From NCBI RefSeq assembly GCF_006345805.1, contig NC_043011.1:26052464-26116463 (forward strand): a stretch of DNA of 64,000 nt, written 5' to 3'. The notes below the pieces were generated by a model. That model did not search any database. It saw nothing but the letters and a program-made list of their open reading frames with translations, and had not been told where the DNA came from. Position 1 is the stretch's first letter. The number at the start of each line of letters is the position of its first letter. The DNA is from Octopus sinensis. Taxonomy: Eukaryota. Shown one piece after another: positions 13,478 through 25,391 of this stretch. The translations under genes were made by a program, and so were the position numbers.

Positions 13478-13753
13478 CAATAAACGCTATAAAAAATCCA
13501 TTGAATAAAATGGAAATTACTCTAGTAGGTAGGAAAAAATATTTAAAAAATACATGCAACCATATTCTCACAATACATAGACATAAAAACCTCCTGCGTT
13601 TATAATGTCTACATATGTACACACTAACAAACATATATAACAATATATATGTATTTGCCCATACACACACAAACATATATGTACATTTACGTATTCATAC
13701 ACGTATAACACACACACATATATATATTCAATGTGTTTTTTATAGTGTCTATT

Positions 13754-13824
13754 GTCATAATAGCAAATGAGAATGCATTGTAGCTCTTAGCTCCGACATT
13801 TGAAACTCTGAGTCCTATTATGAC
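13754..13824 (+). ncRNA. Degenerate family-2 hammerhead (core CAAAUGA); second copy at 14478-14548
   Basis: Helices retained, but two substitutions in the CUGAUGA core; probably inactive. Confidence 0.65.
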
Positions 13825-13844
13825 AACTTACTAATTGTCCTAAA

Positions 13845-13902
<58 letters not shown>

Positions 13903-13977
13903 ACATATATATATATATATATACAAACAAATATATACAATATAAATATATATATATATATACATATAATAATAATA

Positions 13978-14060
<83 letters not shown>

Positions 14061-14131
14061 GAAAACAAAAGAATGAGACCTCAATATTAGGTAAATAGAG
14101 GAATTTATAGTTTAGGACAATCAGTAAGTCA

Positions 14132-14200
14132 TCATAATAGGACTCAGAGTTTCAAATGCCGGAGCTAAGAGCTACGATGCATTCTCATCAGCTATTATGA
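14132..14200 (-). ncRNA. Type I hammerhead ribozyme motif, family 2, copy 2
   Basis: Identical to 13409-13477, offset by 723 bp. Confidence 0.85.
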
Positions 14201-14568
14201 CAATAAACGCTATAAAAAATCCATTGAATAAAATGGAAATTACTCTAGTAGGTAGGAAAAAATATTTAAAAAATACATGCAACCATATTCTCACAATACA
14301 TAGACATAAAAACCTCCTGCGTTTATAATGTCTACATATGTACACACTAACAAACATATATAACAATATATATGTATTTGCCCATACACACACAAACATA
14401 TATGTACATTTACGTATTCATACACGTATACACACACACACATATATATATTCAATGTGTTTTTTATAGTGTCTATTGTCATAATAGCAAATGAGAATGC
14501 ATTGTAGCTCTTAGCTCCGACATTTGAAACTCTGAGTCCTATTATGACAACTTACTAATTGTCCTAAA

Positions 14569-14604
<36 letters not shown>

Positions 14605-15091
14605 ACACATATATATATATATATATATATACAAACAAATATATACAAATATAAATATATATATACAAACAAATAATTACAGAGGTATCAAGTTGCTGGA
14701 TCAAGTAATGAAGGTCACAGAGAGGGTCATAGCCCAACTAATTAGAGAGAGAATCAGTTTAGATGAGATGCAGTTTGGGTTCATGCCAGGGAAAAGCACC
14801 ATTGATGCTATATTCCTGGTAAGACAGCTGCAGGAGAAATACCTAGCCAAAGATAAACCTCTGTACCTGACTTTCATTGACATGGAGAAAGCCTTTGACA
14901 GGGTCCCCCGATCCCTTATCTGGTGGTCAATGAGGAAACTAGGGATAGATGAATGGTTAGTGAGAGCTGTGCAAGCCATGTACAGGGAAGCTGTTAGTAA
15001 GGTGAGGGTTGGCAAAGAGTACAGTGAAGAATTCTGGGTAGAGGTAGGGGTCGACCAAGGTTCAGTCCTCAGCTGCCTCCTATTTATCATA

Positions 15092-15274
15092 ACGGGAAAG
15101 TTTACGAAAATAAACAAAAGACGAAGGCAGGTGGAGTACAAACAAACAAATGTATTAGTATAGCGCTCAGGAATAGAAATAGAAAAAGTCTTTTACGTTT
15201 CGAGCCTACGCTCTTCAACAGAAAGATACACAGAAAAAAACAAAGAGAGAAAAAAATGCGTGTAGGAGCTAACG
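15092..15274 (-). mobile_element. 183-bp HHR-bearing mini-element with ATCATA target-site duplication
   Basis: ATCATA at 15086-15091 and 15275-15280; related copy near 45058-45245. Confidence 0.75.
15189..15226 (-). ncRNA. Minimal hammerhead motif, variant core CUGUUGA
   Basis: ucuuu CUGUUGA a-gagc-guag-gcuc GAAAC GUA^ aaaga; A6U substitution. Confidence 0.6.
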
Positions 15275-16157
15275 ATCATAGTTCTCCAGGCAATAACAGA
15301 GGAATTCAAGACTGGATGCTCCTGTGAGCTCCTCTATGCTGATGACCTTGCTCTAATTGCTGAGTCACTATCAGAACTGGAGGAGAAGTTTCAGATGTAG
15401 AAGCAAGGATTAGAATCGAAGGGCCTTAGAGTCAACCTAGCTAAAACAAAAGCCCTGATAAGTAGGAAGGTAGACAAACCACAAACGCCTTCATGTAGAT
15501 GGCCCTGCTCAATCTGTAGAAAAGGTGTAGGTAGAAACTCTATAAGATGTACCCAGCGTAAGCTATGGACACATAAGAGGTGCAGCAATGTCAAAAGAAG
15601 GCTAACTAGGAAGATAGTTTTTGTATGTGGCAGATGCTCAGGAGCAATAAACATAGAAATGTGTAGAGAACAACTTCTGTCACATTCCAAGGAGAAAAAC
15701 TAGAAGTGGTTGATAGCTTCGGCTACCTAGGTGACCAAGTCAGTAGCGGGGGCGGGTGTGCTGAAAGTGTAACTGCTAGAGTAAGAATAGCCTGGGCAAA
15801 GTTCAGAGAGCTCTTACCTCTGCTGGTAACAAAAGGCCTCTCACTCAGAGTAAAAGGCAGACTGTATGATGCATGTGTATGAACAGCCATGCTACATTTC
15901 AGTGAAACATGGGCCATGACTGCTGAGGACTTGCATAAGCTTGCAAGGAATGAAGCCAGTATGCTCCGATGGATGTGTAATGTCAGTGTACATACTCAAC
16001 AGAGTGTAAGTACTTTGAGAGAAAAGTTGGACCTAAGAAGCATCAGCTGTGGTGTGCAAGAGAGACGATTACACTGGTATGGTCGTGTGGTGAGAATGGA
16101 TGAAGATAGGTGTGTGAAAAAGTGCAGACACACAAACATATATACACACACATGCAC

Positions 16158-16204
<47 letters not shown>

Positions 16205-16634
16205 ATAAAGGATTGACAGTAAGGTCAAAACAATGTGAAGTAAATGTAAGGTAAATCATAAGAAAAGAAATATATGAATTAATGTAGACTTACCTTGCAT
16301 TCAATATTTCGGGGTCATGAGCCCATTTTCAAGATAATAAACAAATACTTCGCATTGTTATGGCCTTACCCAATATATTCTATTCAATACTTCATAGTAA
16401 TTATTCCATTATAATATATATATATATATATACATACATATATATGCATACATATATATAGATACAAACATATATATGTATAAATATGTATATATATATA
16501 TACATACACACATATATATATACATGCATATCTGTGTGTGTAGTATTTTGTATAAGAATGCATATTGTTTTGCTTTGTAAATGATCACATGACATTACAA
16601 TGAACCAATAGAAACAAACACCAATTAGGCATAC

Positions 16635-16793
16635 CTTCAGTTTGGTATCGTAGCCTTCAAGCGCTTCCATTACCATCAACACTGCACTCATTTCTCTTTC
16701 GAGCCGACGATCGTGACCGTTGAAGCGGTACATGCTGCCAGATACATCAACGACAAGGCGGAGACGCTTCGGTAGTTCCATTGGTGCTCCAAG
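16635..16793 (-). CDS. VWA8: VWA8 exon 17, start of VWA domain with MIDAS-region DVSGS (LGAPMELPKRLRLVVDVSGSMYRFN...KLK)
   Basis: tcacag acceptor and GTATGC donor; DxSxS motif. Confidence 0.97.
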
Positions 16794-18304
16794 CTGTGAT
16801 AGACGTGAGAGGGAGAGACAGTAGTAGTAATAGTAGTAGTAGTAGTAGTAGTAGGAAGAGGAGGAGGAGTAAATATCAGTAGATGTAGTTGATGATTAGT
16901 TCCTCCTCATTTATCAGACGAGATGGAGAAGAGTTTGGAAGCGGAAAGGAAAACAAAAACATGTGAAGCAATCAATCAATTAGTTCTCGTCCATTATTTC
17001 ATGAAATACACTGAGAGGTATAAATTTGCCCAAGTGGGGAAATTAGTAGACTGTTAATACCTGATTCCTGGGTTCAAGTCTAGAGCAAATAATTGCTTCT
17101 TTTTTTCTGTTGTTCTTTGTTTTTTGGGGGGTTTTTTCACATTTTTGTTCTTTTAGCTTTTTACTATTTGTTTTTTTTTACTAGTTTCAGTCACTGGACT
17201 GCAGCCATACTGGGGCATTTCTTTAAAAGGTTTAGTCAAACAAATTTACTTCAGTACTTATTTTTAAGTTTAGTACTTATTCTATGGGACTCTTTTGCTG
17301 AAGTTCCAGAGACCAGAGACATAAGCAAACACCAATTGTCAAGTGGAGCGGTGGGGGGCATGCACAAATACACACACACATACATACATATGTATATATA
17401 TGTATATATGTATGTATCTTTTACTTGTTTCAGTCATGATACTGCGGCCATGCTGGGGTACCACCATGTATAATTGTTAGTTAAATGTATCAATTCTTGT
17501 ACTTTTTTTTTCAAGCCTGGTACTTATTCTATTAGTCACTTTTGCTGAACTGCTAGGTAACAGGACATAAACACACCAACACCAGCTGTCAAATAGAGAT
17601 GGGGGGGGACAAACACAGACATAAAGACACACATATACATAGATATATATGTGCATATAAAATGGGCTTCTTTCAGTTTCCGTCTACCAAATTCACTCAC
17701 AAGCTTTGGTTAGTCCAACGCTATAGTAGAAGAGACTTGCTCAAGGTGCCATGCAGTGGAACTGAACATGGAACTATGTGGTTGGGAGGCAGGCTTGTTG
17801 CCACACAGCCATGCCTGCTCCTAAAAAGAAATTCATGTCAGAAATATAAATATATATATGACAGGCTTCCACACAGTCTTCATCTACTAAATTCACTCAA
17901 ACTGCTTAGTTTTTTGTCAATGATTGCATGACTGTATTCTTTTATTCTTTTACTTGCTTCAGTCATTTCACTGTGGCCATGCTGGAGTATTGCTCGGAAG
18001 GGTTTTAGTCAAACAAATCAAACCCAGGACTTTTTTTCTTTAAAGCCTAGAACTTATTGTCTTTCTCGTTTGCCAAACTGCTAAGTTACGGGGAAGTAAA
18101 CACATCAACACCAGTTGTCAAGTGGTGATGGGGGGAGGACAAACACAGACACAAAGACAAACATAGATATAAGCATACATATATACATATATATATATAC
18201 ATAGTTAATCCAAACATGAAAACACAAAGAGAAAACACAACAACGCGAGGACGTGGAACAAGTATAGTATTATTGGACACTCAGGAAAGAAGGAAAGAAG
18301 GAAG

Positions 18305-18339
18305 GCTTAACGTTTCGAGCGTAGCTCTTCGTCAGAAAC
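18305..18339 (-). ncRNA. Minimal hammerhead motif (Penelope-type)
   Basis: guuu CUGACGA a-gagc-uac-gcuc GAAAC GUU^ aagc; intact core, only a 4-bp helix I. Confidence 0.6.
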
Positions 18340-18959
18340 ATAGGAAAAGGAAAGATCCAAAGAAGGGAAGATGGAGAAAAAAAAATCGCCAACGGTACAC
18401 AAGCAGTCACATTTTGAATATATACATATATATATATAGGCGTAGGAGTGGCTGTGTGGTAAGTAGCTTGCTTACCAACCACATGGTTCCGTGTTCAGTC
18501 CCACTGCATGGCACCTTGGGCAAGTGTCTTCTTGTGTATAGGAAAGAAAGTTATTTTATTCCACACAGGTAGAAATGTAGTAAAAAGAAGCTGAAATGCA
18601 CTGGGAGTCATTTAGATGATTTATTTTTAAATAAATCAGCTTCACAGATTTTTTTGGGTTTTCAAGAGTTAAGTGAGATAGAAAGATCTGGGGTTATGCG
18701 ACAACTGGAGTCTGAAATTTCTCTTGTTTTTATGGAGAGAACATGGCCCAAATTAGTATCTGTTTAGGATACAATTTGATTGGCAGAGAATGATCACATG
18801 ATTAGGCTTAGAAATTTTTGTTAGCTCCACCCTCCCCTGCTGCCACCACTATGTTAATGTCATATGACTAGACAAGGATGAGTGACAGTTCCAAACAATC
18901 AAGGCTCTCTAAATTTAATTTGTCAAGTGGTAGAGTGGATAGGAATTGTTTGTATGTTG

Positions 18960-19230
18960 TCATTGAATTTTGTTAGCTCTCCTTTATTATCCATGGGTTA
19001 GTGTTTGAGTGGCTTGCTGATGTATTTTTGTGTAAATATATTTTATTTATTTATTCACGTTTGAATTGTGGTATTGTTTGAATTAAGATAAGTGAAAAGA
19101 CTTGGAATTTGGGGAAATTAATTGTCCTACATAAGTCTAGACAAGAAAAGTAATCCGAAAGTTAAAGTTGTGTTTCACTGCATGTGACTATTGAGAGTGA
19201 AAAAAAATCAAGGCCTTGCAAATTTAGAAT
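18960..19230 (-). mobile_element. Older degenerate Penelope-like 3' fragment
   Basis: Nucleotide similarity to 20020-20230. Confidence 0.4.
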
Positions 19231-19327
19231 ATCCAGAGGCTGAATGGATATGATTTATTTGTTTGTGTGTTTGGATGTATGTATGTGTGTGCATGTGCGT
19301 GTGTATGTATGTGTGTGTGTAATGTAT

Positions 19328-19725
19328 AGGCGTAGGAGTGGCTGTGTGGTAAATAGCTTGCTTACCAACCACATGGTTCTGGGTTCAGTCCCACTGTGTG
19401 GCACCTTGGGCAAGTGTCTTCTACTACAGCCTCGGGCCAACCAAAGCTTTGTGAGTGGATTTGGTAGACAGAAACTGAAAGAAGCCCATCGTATGTATAT
19501 GTATATATATGTGTGTGTGTTTGTGTGTCAGTGTTTGTCCCCCCACAACATCGCTTGACACTGATGCTGGTATGTTTATGCCCCGTAACTTTGCGGTTCA
19601 GCAAAAGAGACCGATAGAATAAGTACTAGGCTTACAAAGAATAAGTCCTGGAGTCGATTTCCTCGACTAAAGGCGGTGCTCCAGTATGGCCACGGTCAAA
19701 TGACTGAAACAAGTAAGAGTAAAAG
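19328..19725 (+). mobile_element. tRNA-derived SINE family A, full length (other copies about 9645-10082, 21225-21566, 23370-23882, 26965-27390, 47712-48100, 50745-51155, 55985-56365)
   Basis: A/B-box-like head (TGGCTGTGTGG, GGTTCAGTCCC), conserved body, more than 15 copies on both strands. Confidence 0.88.
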
Positions 19726-19879
19726 AATATGTATGTATGTATGTATACAAGTATGTATGTATACAAGTATGCATGTACAAAAGTATATATGTATATATGT
19801 ATGTGTGTATGTATATATGTATGTGTATATGTGTATGTATGTATGTACATACATAAGTGTGTATGTATGTAGGCATAAA

Positions 19880-21090
19880 ATTTTGATCTCCACTAAATTC
19901 ATACATTTGTGTCATGTGAGAAAAAGTCATGATTGTGCCCAAAGTTAAGGTTGTTGGCTGTGTAAATTCAACACATCAAGACTAGAATGTGTTTATGTGC
20001 AACTAGTTGTTGGTGAATATATCTTGTTAAATTTTATTCAGTCATGGTTTGTACTTTTGTGTGAATATATTTTCTTTCTTTACTCACATTTTATCTGTGG
20101 TATTGACAGGAAAAAGGCAAAGTGGGAAGACTTGGAATTTTGTGGACTTATTTTTTAAACATGCTTATGTGTCCACTCAGTGGGATCTGTCTTGTACTAG
20201 AGTCTCATATATGTTGACAATGAATAATCAGTCTAATTCTGAGAGTAAGTTTTGTTTGACCTATGTAATCCTTATTACATCCTTTACATTTAATAGCAGA
20301 TATTATATCTCTTGACAAACAGCTAAAACAATTTTTTATGGCCAAAATCTGTCTTGATTTAAATTTATGTTTTATTATCAATGAGGTTGATGCAGGTGCC
20401 ACAATTAAGGTAGCCACACTTTCTGGACATTGGTGTGAGGTCTGTGGAGGGTAATTTAATACTTGTGAGTAGGTTTTGAAGGATTTTGATTGTCTTTTAT
20501 TGTTTTGTGCATTTCAAGTGCTTGATTCATTCTTAGGTCTTGTCTCAGTAGTGGAATGATCTGGTGGATAATGTTGTAAATCTCTGTATTTGGGGGGGGG
20601 GGGTTCGTGTATTGTAATAAAGGGTAGAGTATTGGGCTGTATCTTAAGTGTTTTTTGTAGTTCTTGAATGTCTATTGTTTTGGAACATTATATTTCGTTA
20701 TCTATTAACATTGATGGACTCTGTCTTTCAAGTGGTGTTTGCTTTAATTCCTGGAGTCTTTTATTACAAGATTCGTAATTTGAAACATTTGTGCAGATTC
20801 TTCTTACTAGATTAAATGGAATATTAATCTTCATGTGTTTGGGATGGCATGAGGAGAACAGCAAGTATTGTTTAGAATCTGTTGGTTCGTAATGAATGTC
20901 TGTTTCAATGTTTGTGTCTGTTTTGATGATTAGACTGCCCAGGCATGGTAGGTGAGTTTCACTGTATTCCATAGTGAAGTTAATACTATTGTATATGCTG
21001 CTAATTCGGAAATTTTTGAAATTAATAAGCTGGTCAAATGTATGCATCCACAGAATCAGGCAGTCATCTAAGTAAAGTTTCTAGTAAATA
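19880..21090 (-). mobile_element. Penelope-like element remnant (RT C-terminus plus GIY-YIG endonuclease)
   Basis: YLDDCLILW, PTDSKQYLLFSSCHPKH..NIPFNL and IKCKGCNKDYIGQT..LRIR; stops and frameshifts present. Confidence 0.88.
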
Positions 21091-22088
21091 TTTATGAAAG
21101 TCTTATACATACAACTGAAAGAGCTACTAATAGTTTTATGCCTATATGACACTTTAACTCAGCATATTTGTAAAATATGTCATGTATCTCCAAACAATCT
21201 TTCAAGTTCTGTTTATGCATTACTCTTTACTCTTTACTTGTTTCAGTCATTTGACTGCGGCCATGCTGGGGCACCACCTTTAGTCGAGCAAATCGACCAC
21301 GGGACTTATTCTTTGTAAGCCCAGTACTTATTCTATCGGTCTCTTTTGCCGAACCGCTAAGTGACGGGGGACGTAAACACACCAGCATCGGTTGTCAAGC
21401 AATGCTAGGGTGACAAACATATACACACATACTTATATATATATAGATACGACAGGCTTCTTTCAGTTTCCGTCTACCAAATCCACTCACAAGGCATTGG
21501 TCGGCCCGGGGCTATAGCAGAAGACACTTGCCCAAGATGCCACGCAGTGAGACTGAACCCGGAACCATAAAAACAACGATGCTGGACAGTGAGAAAAAAA
21601 GCAAAAAAATGAAAAGAAAACCATGAAGGCTGATGCAAAAAGTGGAATGAGAAGAAAGAAACAAAAGCAAGATACCAAGATTCCCGACCTCTTTGATTGC
21701 AGAATCTACAATTAATGCAACAGGTACAGAACAAAAATATGTCAAAGTCTGCTCGACAGCAACTCAATCCAGAACAGGTGGTGTCCTCCAGTTCGACAGA
21801 GGGATCCTGTTCTTGTGTTTGCACCTGCAAAGAATTTCAAATTTCCTTCCCTTTTCTGCCAAACTAATATTCACTATTGATTAGCCACACCTCAACCATG
21901 TGCCTCATTCACTGGGACCACCCCAATCTTCATCTCTTAACCATCTGTCTCATTTTTCAATTTCTCACAAACTTACCTACCTACACTCTCTGTTCCTCTA
22001 ACCCTTTCCCTCACTGTCTTGCCCTCACCCTTTCCTTCTCTCACTCCCTTGGTCTCACCCTCTCTTTCTCTAGATCTCTAATTCTTAC

Positions 22089-22214
22089 CTCAGGTTCTTG
22101 CTCTCCTCGGCGCTTATAAATTGCTTTCTCACCAGCAATTCCTTCAATCAACTTTGTTTCATCAAGATCTCCCTGAGGCTGCTGTTTTAACCATTGACGT
22201 TCCTTGCCTTTTGC
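22089..22214 (-). CDS. VWA8: VWA8 exon 16 (AKGKERQWLK...GEKAIYKRRGEQEPE)
   Basis: ctccag acceptor and GTAAGA donor; conserved. Confidence 0.97.
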
Positions 22215-23588
22215 CTGGAGAAACAAAACAAAACCAAAAATAAGATAAGACAACAAAAATCTTTTCAATAATAAGCACAAGGCCTGATATTTTGAAGAAG
22301 GAGGCAAGTTCATTATATCAACCCCCAGTACTTGACTGGTACTTATTTCATTGACCCCAAAAAGATAAAGTCAACCTCAGCGGAATTGAACTCAGGACAG
22401 AAAACTGGAAGAAATGCTACTAAGCATTTAGCTTGCTGTGTGAATGATTTTGCCAGCTCACAACAGCAGCAGCAGTAGTTCAAAGCCAGAACTTTTGTGG
22501 GAGAAAGTTAGCTGACATCATCAGCTCCTAGGCTTGACTGATACTTTTTATCAACCCTAAAACGATATCAAAAGCAGTCCTGTATAGCTTTTGTTTACCA
22601 AATTTCACTCACAAGGCATTGGTTAACCTGAGTCTTTATAATAGAAGAGATTTGCTTAAAGTACCATGCAGCGAGATCAAACATGAAAACAAATGGTTAC
22701 AAAGTGAACAGCTTGTTCTCTGTTTAGTATATATATTTGTTACATTTAGCTAAGTTGTAGAAATATGAGGTACATTTTGGGGAGTTAAATAGATTAAAAA
22801 GCACCATCCGATCGTGGCCGTTGCAGCTTCGCCTGGCCCCCGTGCCGGTGGCACGTAAAAAGCACCATCCGATCGTAGCCGTTGCCAGCCCCGTCTGGCA
22901 CCTGTGCAGGTGGTACGTAAAAAGCACCCACTACACTCACGGAGTGCTTGGCGTTAGGAAGGGCATCCAGCCGTAGAAACATTGCCAGATCAGACTGGGC
23001 CTGGTGCAGCCTTCTGGCTTCCCAGACCCCAGTTGAACCGTCCAACCCATGCTAGCATGGAAAGCGGATGCTAAATGATGATGATGATGATGATGATACA
23101 GCTGTCAAGCTCAGAAAAGCAGCAGCCAGCATAATAACAGTAGAAAAAAAGTGTCGGCTTAAAGTGAGTGTGGGGTTATTGGAGAGCAGCCTGTATCAGC
23201 ATTTTCTAAAAGATCATATGGCTGTTTAACAGAATAACATCAGGGCACCAGAGAAGGTTATGAAATAAATGTGAAATGAACCTAAGTAAATGAAATACTT
23301 GTGCCACTAACTATTTGCAATAAATTCTCAGATATTTTTACGAAGGAGATGTCAGAGGACCAAGATATACTCTCTTTTACTCTTTTATTTGTTTCAGTCA
23401 TTTGACTGTGGCCATGCTAGAGCACTGCCTTTAGTCAAGCAAATCAACCCCAGGGCTTATTATTTGTAAGCCTAGTACTTATTCTATCGGTCTCTTTCGC
23501 CGAACTGCTAAGTTAGGGGGACGTGAACACACCAGCATCGGTTGTCAAGCGATGGTAGGGGGGACAAATACAGACACACAAATATATG

Positions 23589-23642
<54 letters not shown>

Positions 23643-24291
23643 ATATTAATGAATAAAATAAAACATATGCATATATATAAACATATATGTACGTACATAT
23701 ATATATATATATACATACGACAGGCTTCTTTCAGTTTCTGTCTACCAAATCCACTCACATGGCTTTGGTCGGCCCGAGGCTATAGTAGAAGACACTTGCC
23801 CAAGATGCCATACAGTGGGACTGATCCCAGAACCATGTGGTTGGTAAGCAAGCTACTTACCACACAGCCACTCCTATGCCTATATGTAACACATTGCTGT
23901 ACTTGAGAAAACCCACCCACCATAACAGAATTGAGATCCTAAAACCAAGGTACCATGTAAAAAGCATTGCTATGGGTGGTGGAGCCAAATAAAAAGCACT
24001 GGTGCTGGTGCCACACAGAAAGCACTGATGCTAGTGCCATGTAAAAAGCACTGGTGATGGTACCGCATCAAAAGTACTAGTGATGGTGCCATGTAAAAAG
24101 TATTCAGTACCCTCTATAAAGAGGTTGGCATTAGGAAGGGCATCCAGCTGTAAAAAGCAAGCCAAAACAGACTATGGAACTTGGTGCAGCCCCTGGCCTT
24201 GCTAGTTCCTGTCAAGCCATCCAATCTATGCCAATATAGAAAACGTACATTAATTGTTGATGACAATGATGATGATGATGACATTACCTAC

Positions 24292-24400
24292 CTGGAGAGT
24301 ATCAAGTATCACCCGGAGTGACTGCACTTGACGTCGGACAGACTGGGCAAAACTGTCATAGGTTTCAGCATCATATTCACTCATATTAATCTCCCTTAAT
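24292..24400 (-). CDS. VWA8: VWA8 exon 15 (LREINMSEYDAETY...VRRQVQSLRVILDTLQ)
   Basis: gagcag acceptor and GTAGGT donor; conserved. Confidence 0.96.
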
Positions 24401-24782
24401 CTGCTCAGATAAATAAACAAATACAAATCAGATTAGAGAGAAATATTAGAATTTCATTTATTTGTAAATCAACATGTTTTAATTCAATCATCTGTGTATC
24501 AGATTTAAAAAAGTTTTTTTAATCTTTTTTTTCTTTTAATAGCCTCATATATATGTGTCATGGGTGGGGAAGCTTCTCACTGTCTCATTTAATATGGGAT
24601 ATCTGATTTTTCTTCCAGCGTTTTTCTTCAGCAAGTGCCTTATCATAGTACTGAGATATTTACTCGTAACTTTTTGATGTGCTATTTGGGAAATTACACT
24701 TAAGATGAATTAAGATATATTCCATTGCACTCATGCCTATCTTACTGTCTATACATGCATATATGTATGCATGCATATGAAA

Positions 24783-24818
<36 letters not shown>

Positions 24819-25163
24819 TTTATCTTTTACTTGTTTCAGTCATTAAACTGCAGCCATGCTGGGGCATCACTTTGAAAATTTTTAGTCAAATGAATTCACT
24901 CCAGTACTTAATTTTAAGCCTGATATTTATTCTATTGGTCTCTTTTGTTGAACTGCTAAGTTACACAAACACAGACATAAAGATACACATGCACACACAC
25001 ACACACACATACACACACATGATGGGCTTCTTTCAGTTTCTGTCTACCAAATCTACTCACAAGACTTTGGTGGACCCAAGGCTATAGTAGATGACACCTG
25101 TCCAAGGTGCCATTCTTTTGGACTGAACCCGGAACCATGTGGTCAGGAAGGAAGCTTTTTACC

Positions 25164-25391
25164 TATTTCTTTACTACCCACAAGGGACTAAACACAGAGA
25201 GGACAAACAAGGACGGACAAACGGATTAAGTTGATTATATCGACCCCAGTGCGTAACTGGTACTTATTTAATCGACCCCGAAAGGATGAAAGGCAAAGTC
25301 GACCTCGGCGGAATTTGAACTCAGAACGTAGCGGCAGATGAAATACCGCTAAGCATTTCGCCCGGCGTGCTAACGTTTCTGCCAGCTCACC
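25164..25391 (-). mobile_element. tRNA-derived SINE family B nested in a family-A SINE (others about 22310-22460, 35975-36125, 40195-41390)
   Basis: GAGCTGGCAGAA A-box and GAGTTCAAATTCC B-box; near-duplicated aagctttt.acc flanks. Confidence 0.8.

Larger units (their letters stand above)
13228..14670. repeat. 723-bp tandem duplication; each unit is (TA)n/(TAA)n plus a roughly 500-bp element with 114-bp inverted arms plus (TG)n
   Basis: tgagacctca at 13351 and 14074; arms at 13383-13496 and 13736-13849. Confidence 0.93.
14670..16140 (+). mobile_element. RTE-clade LINE reverse-transcriptase remnant, interrupted at 15092-15274
   Basis: NYRGIKLL, QFGFMPGKST, FIDMEKAFDRVPR, GVDQGSVLS, LLYADDLAL, YLG and RRLHWYG motifs with frameshifts. 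Confidence 0.93.

Noticed and set aside
24540-24700. Short minus-strand open frames near exon 15
   Set aside because: No VWA8 similarity, and not needed for phase once exon 14 was found.
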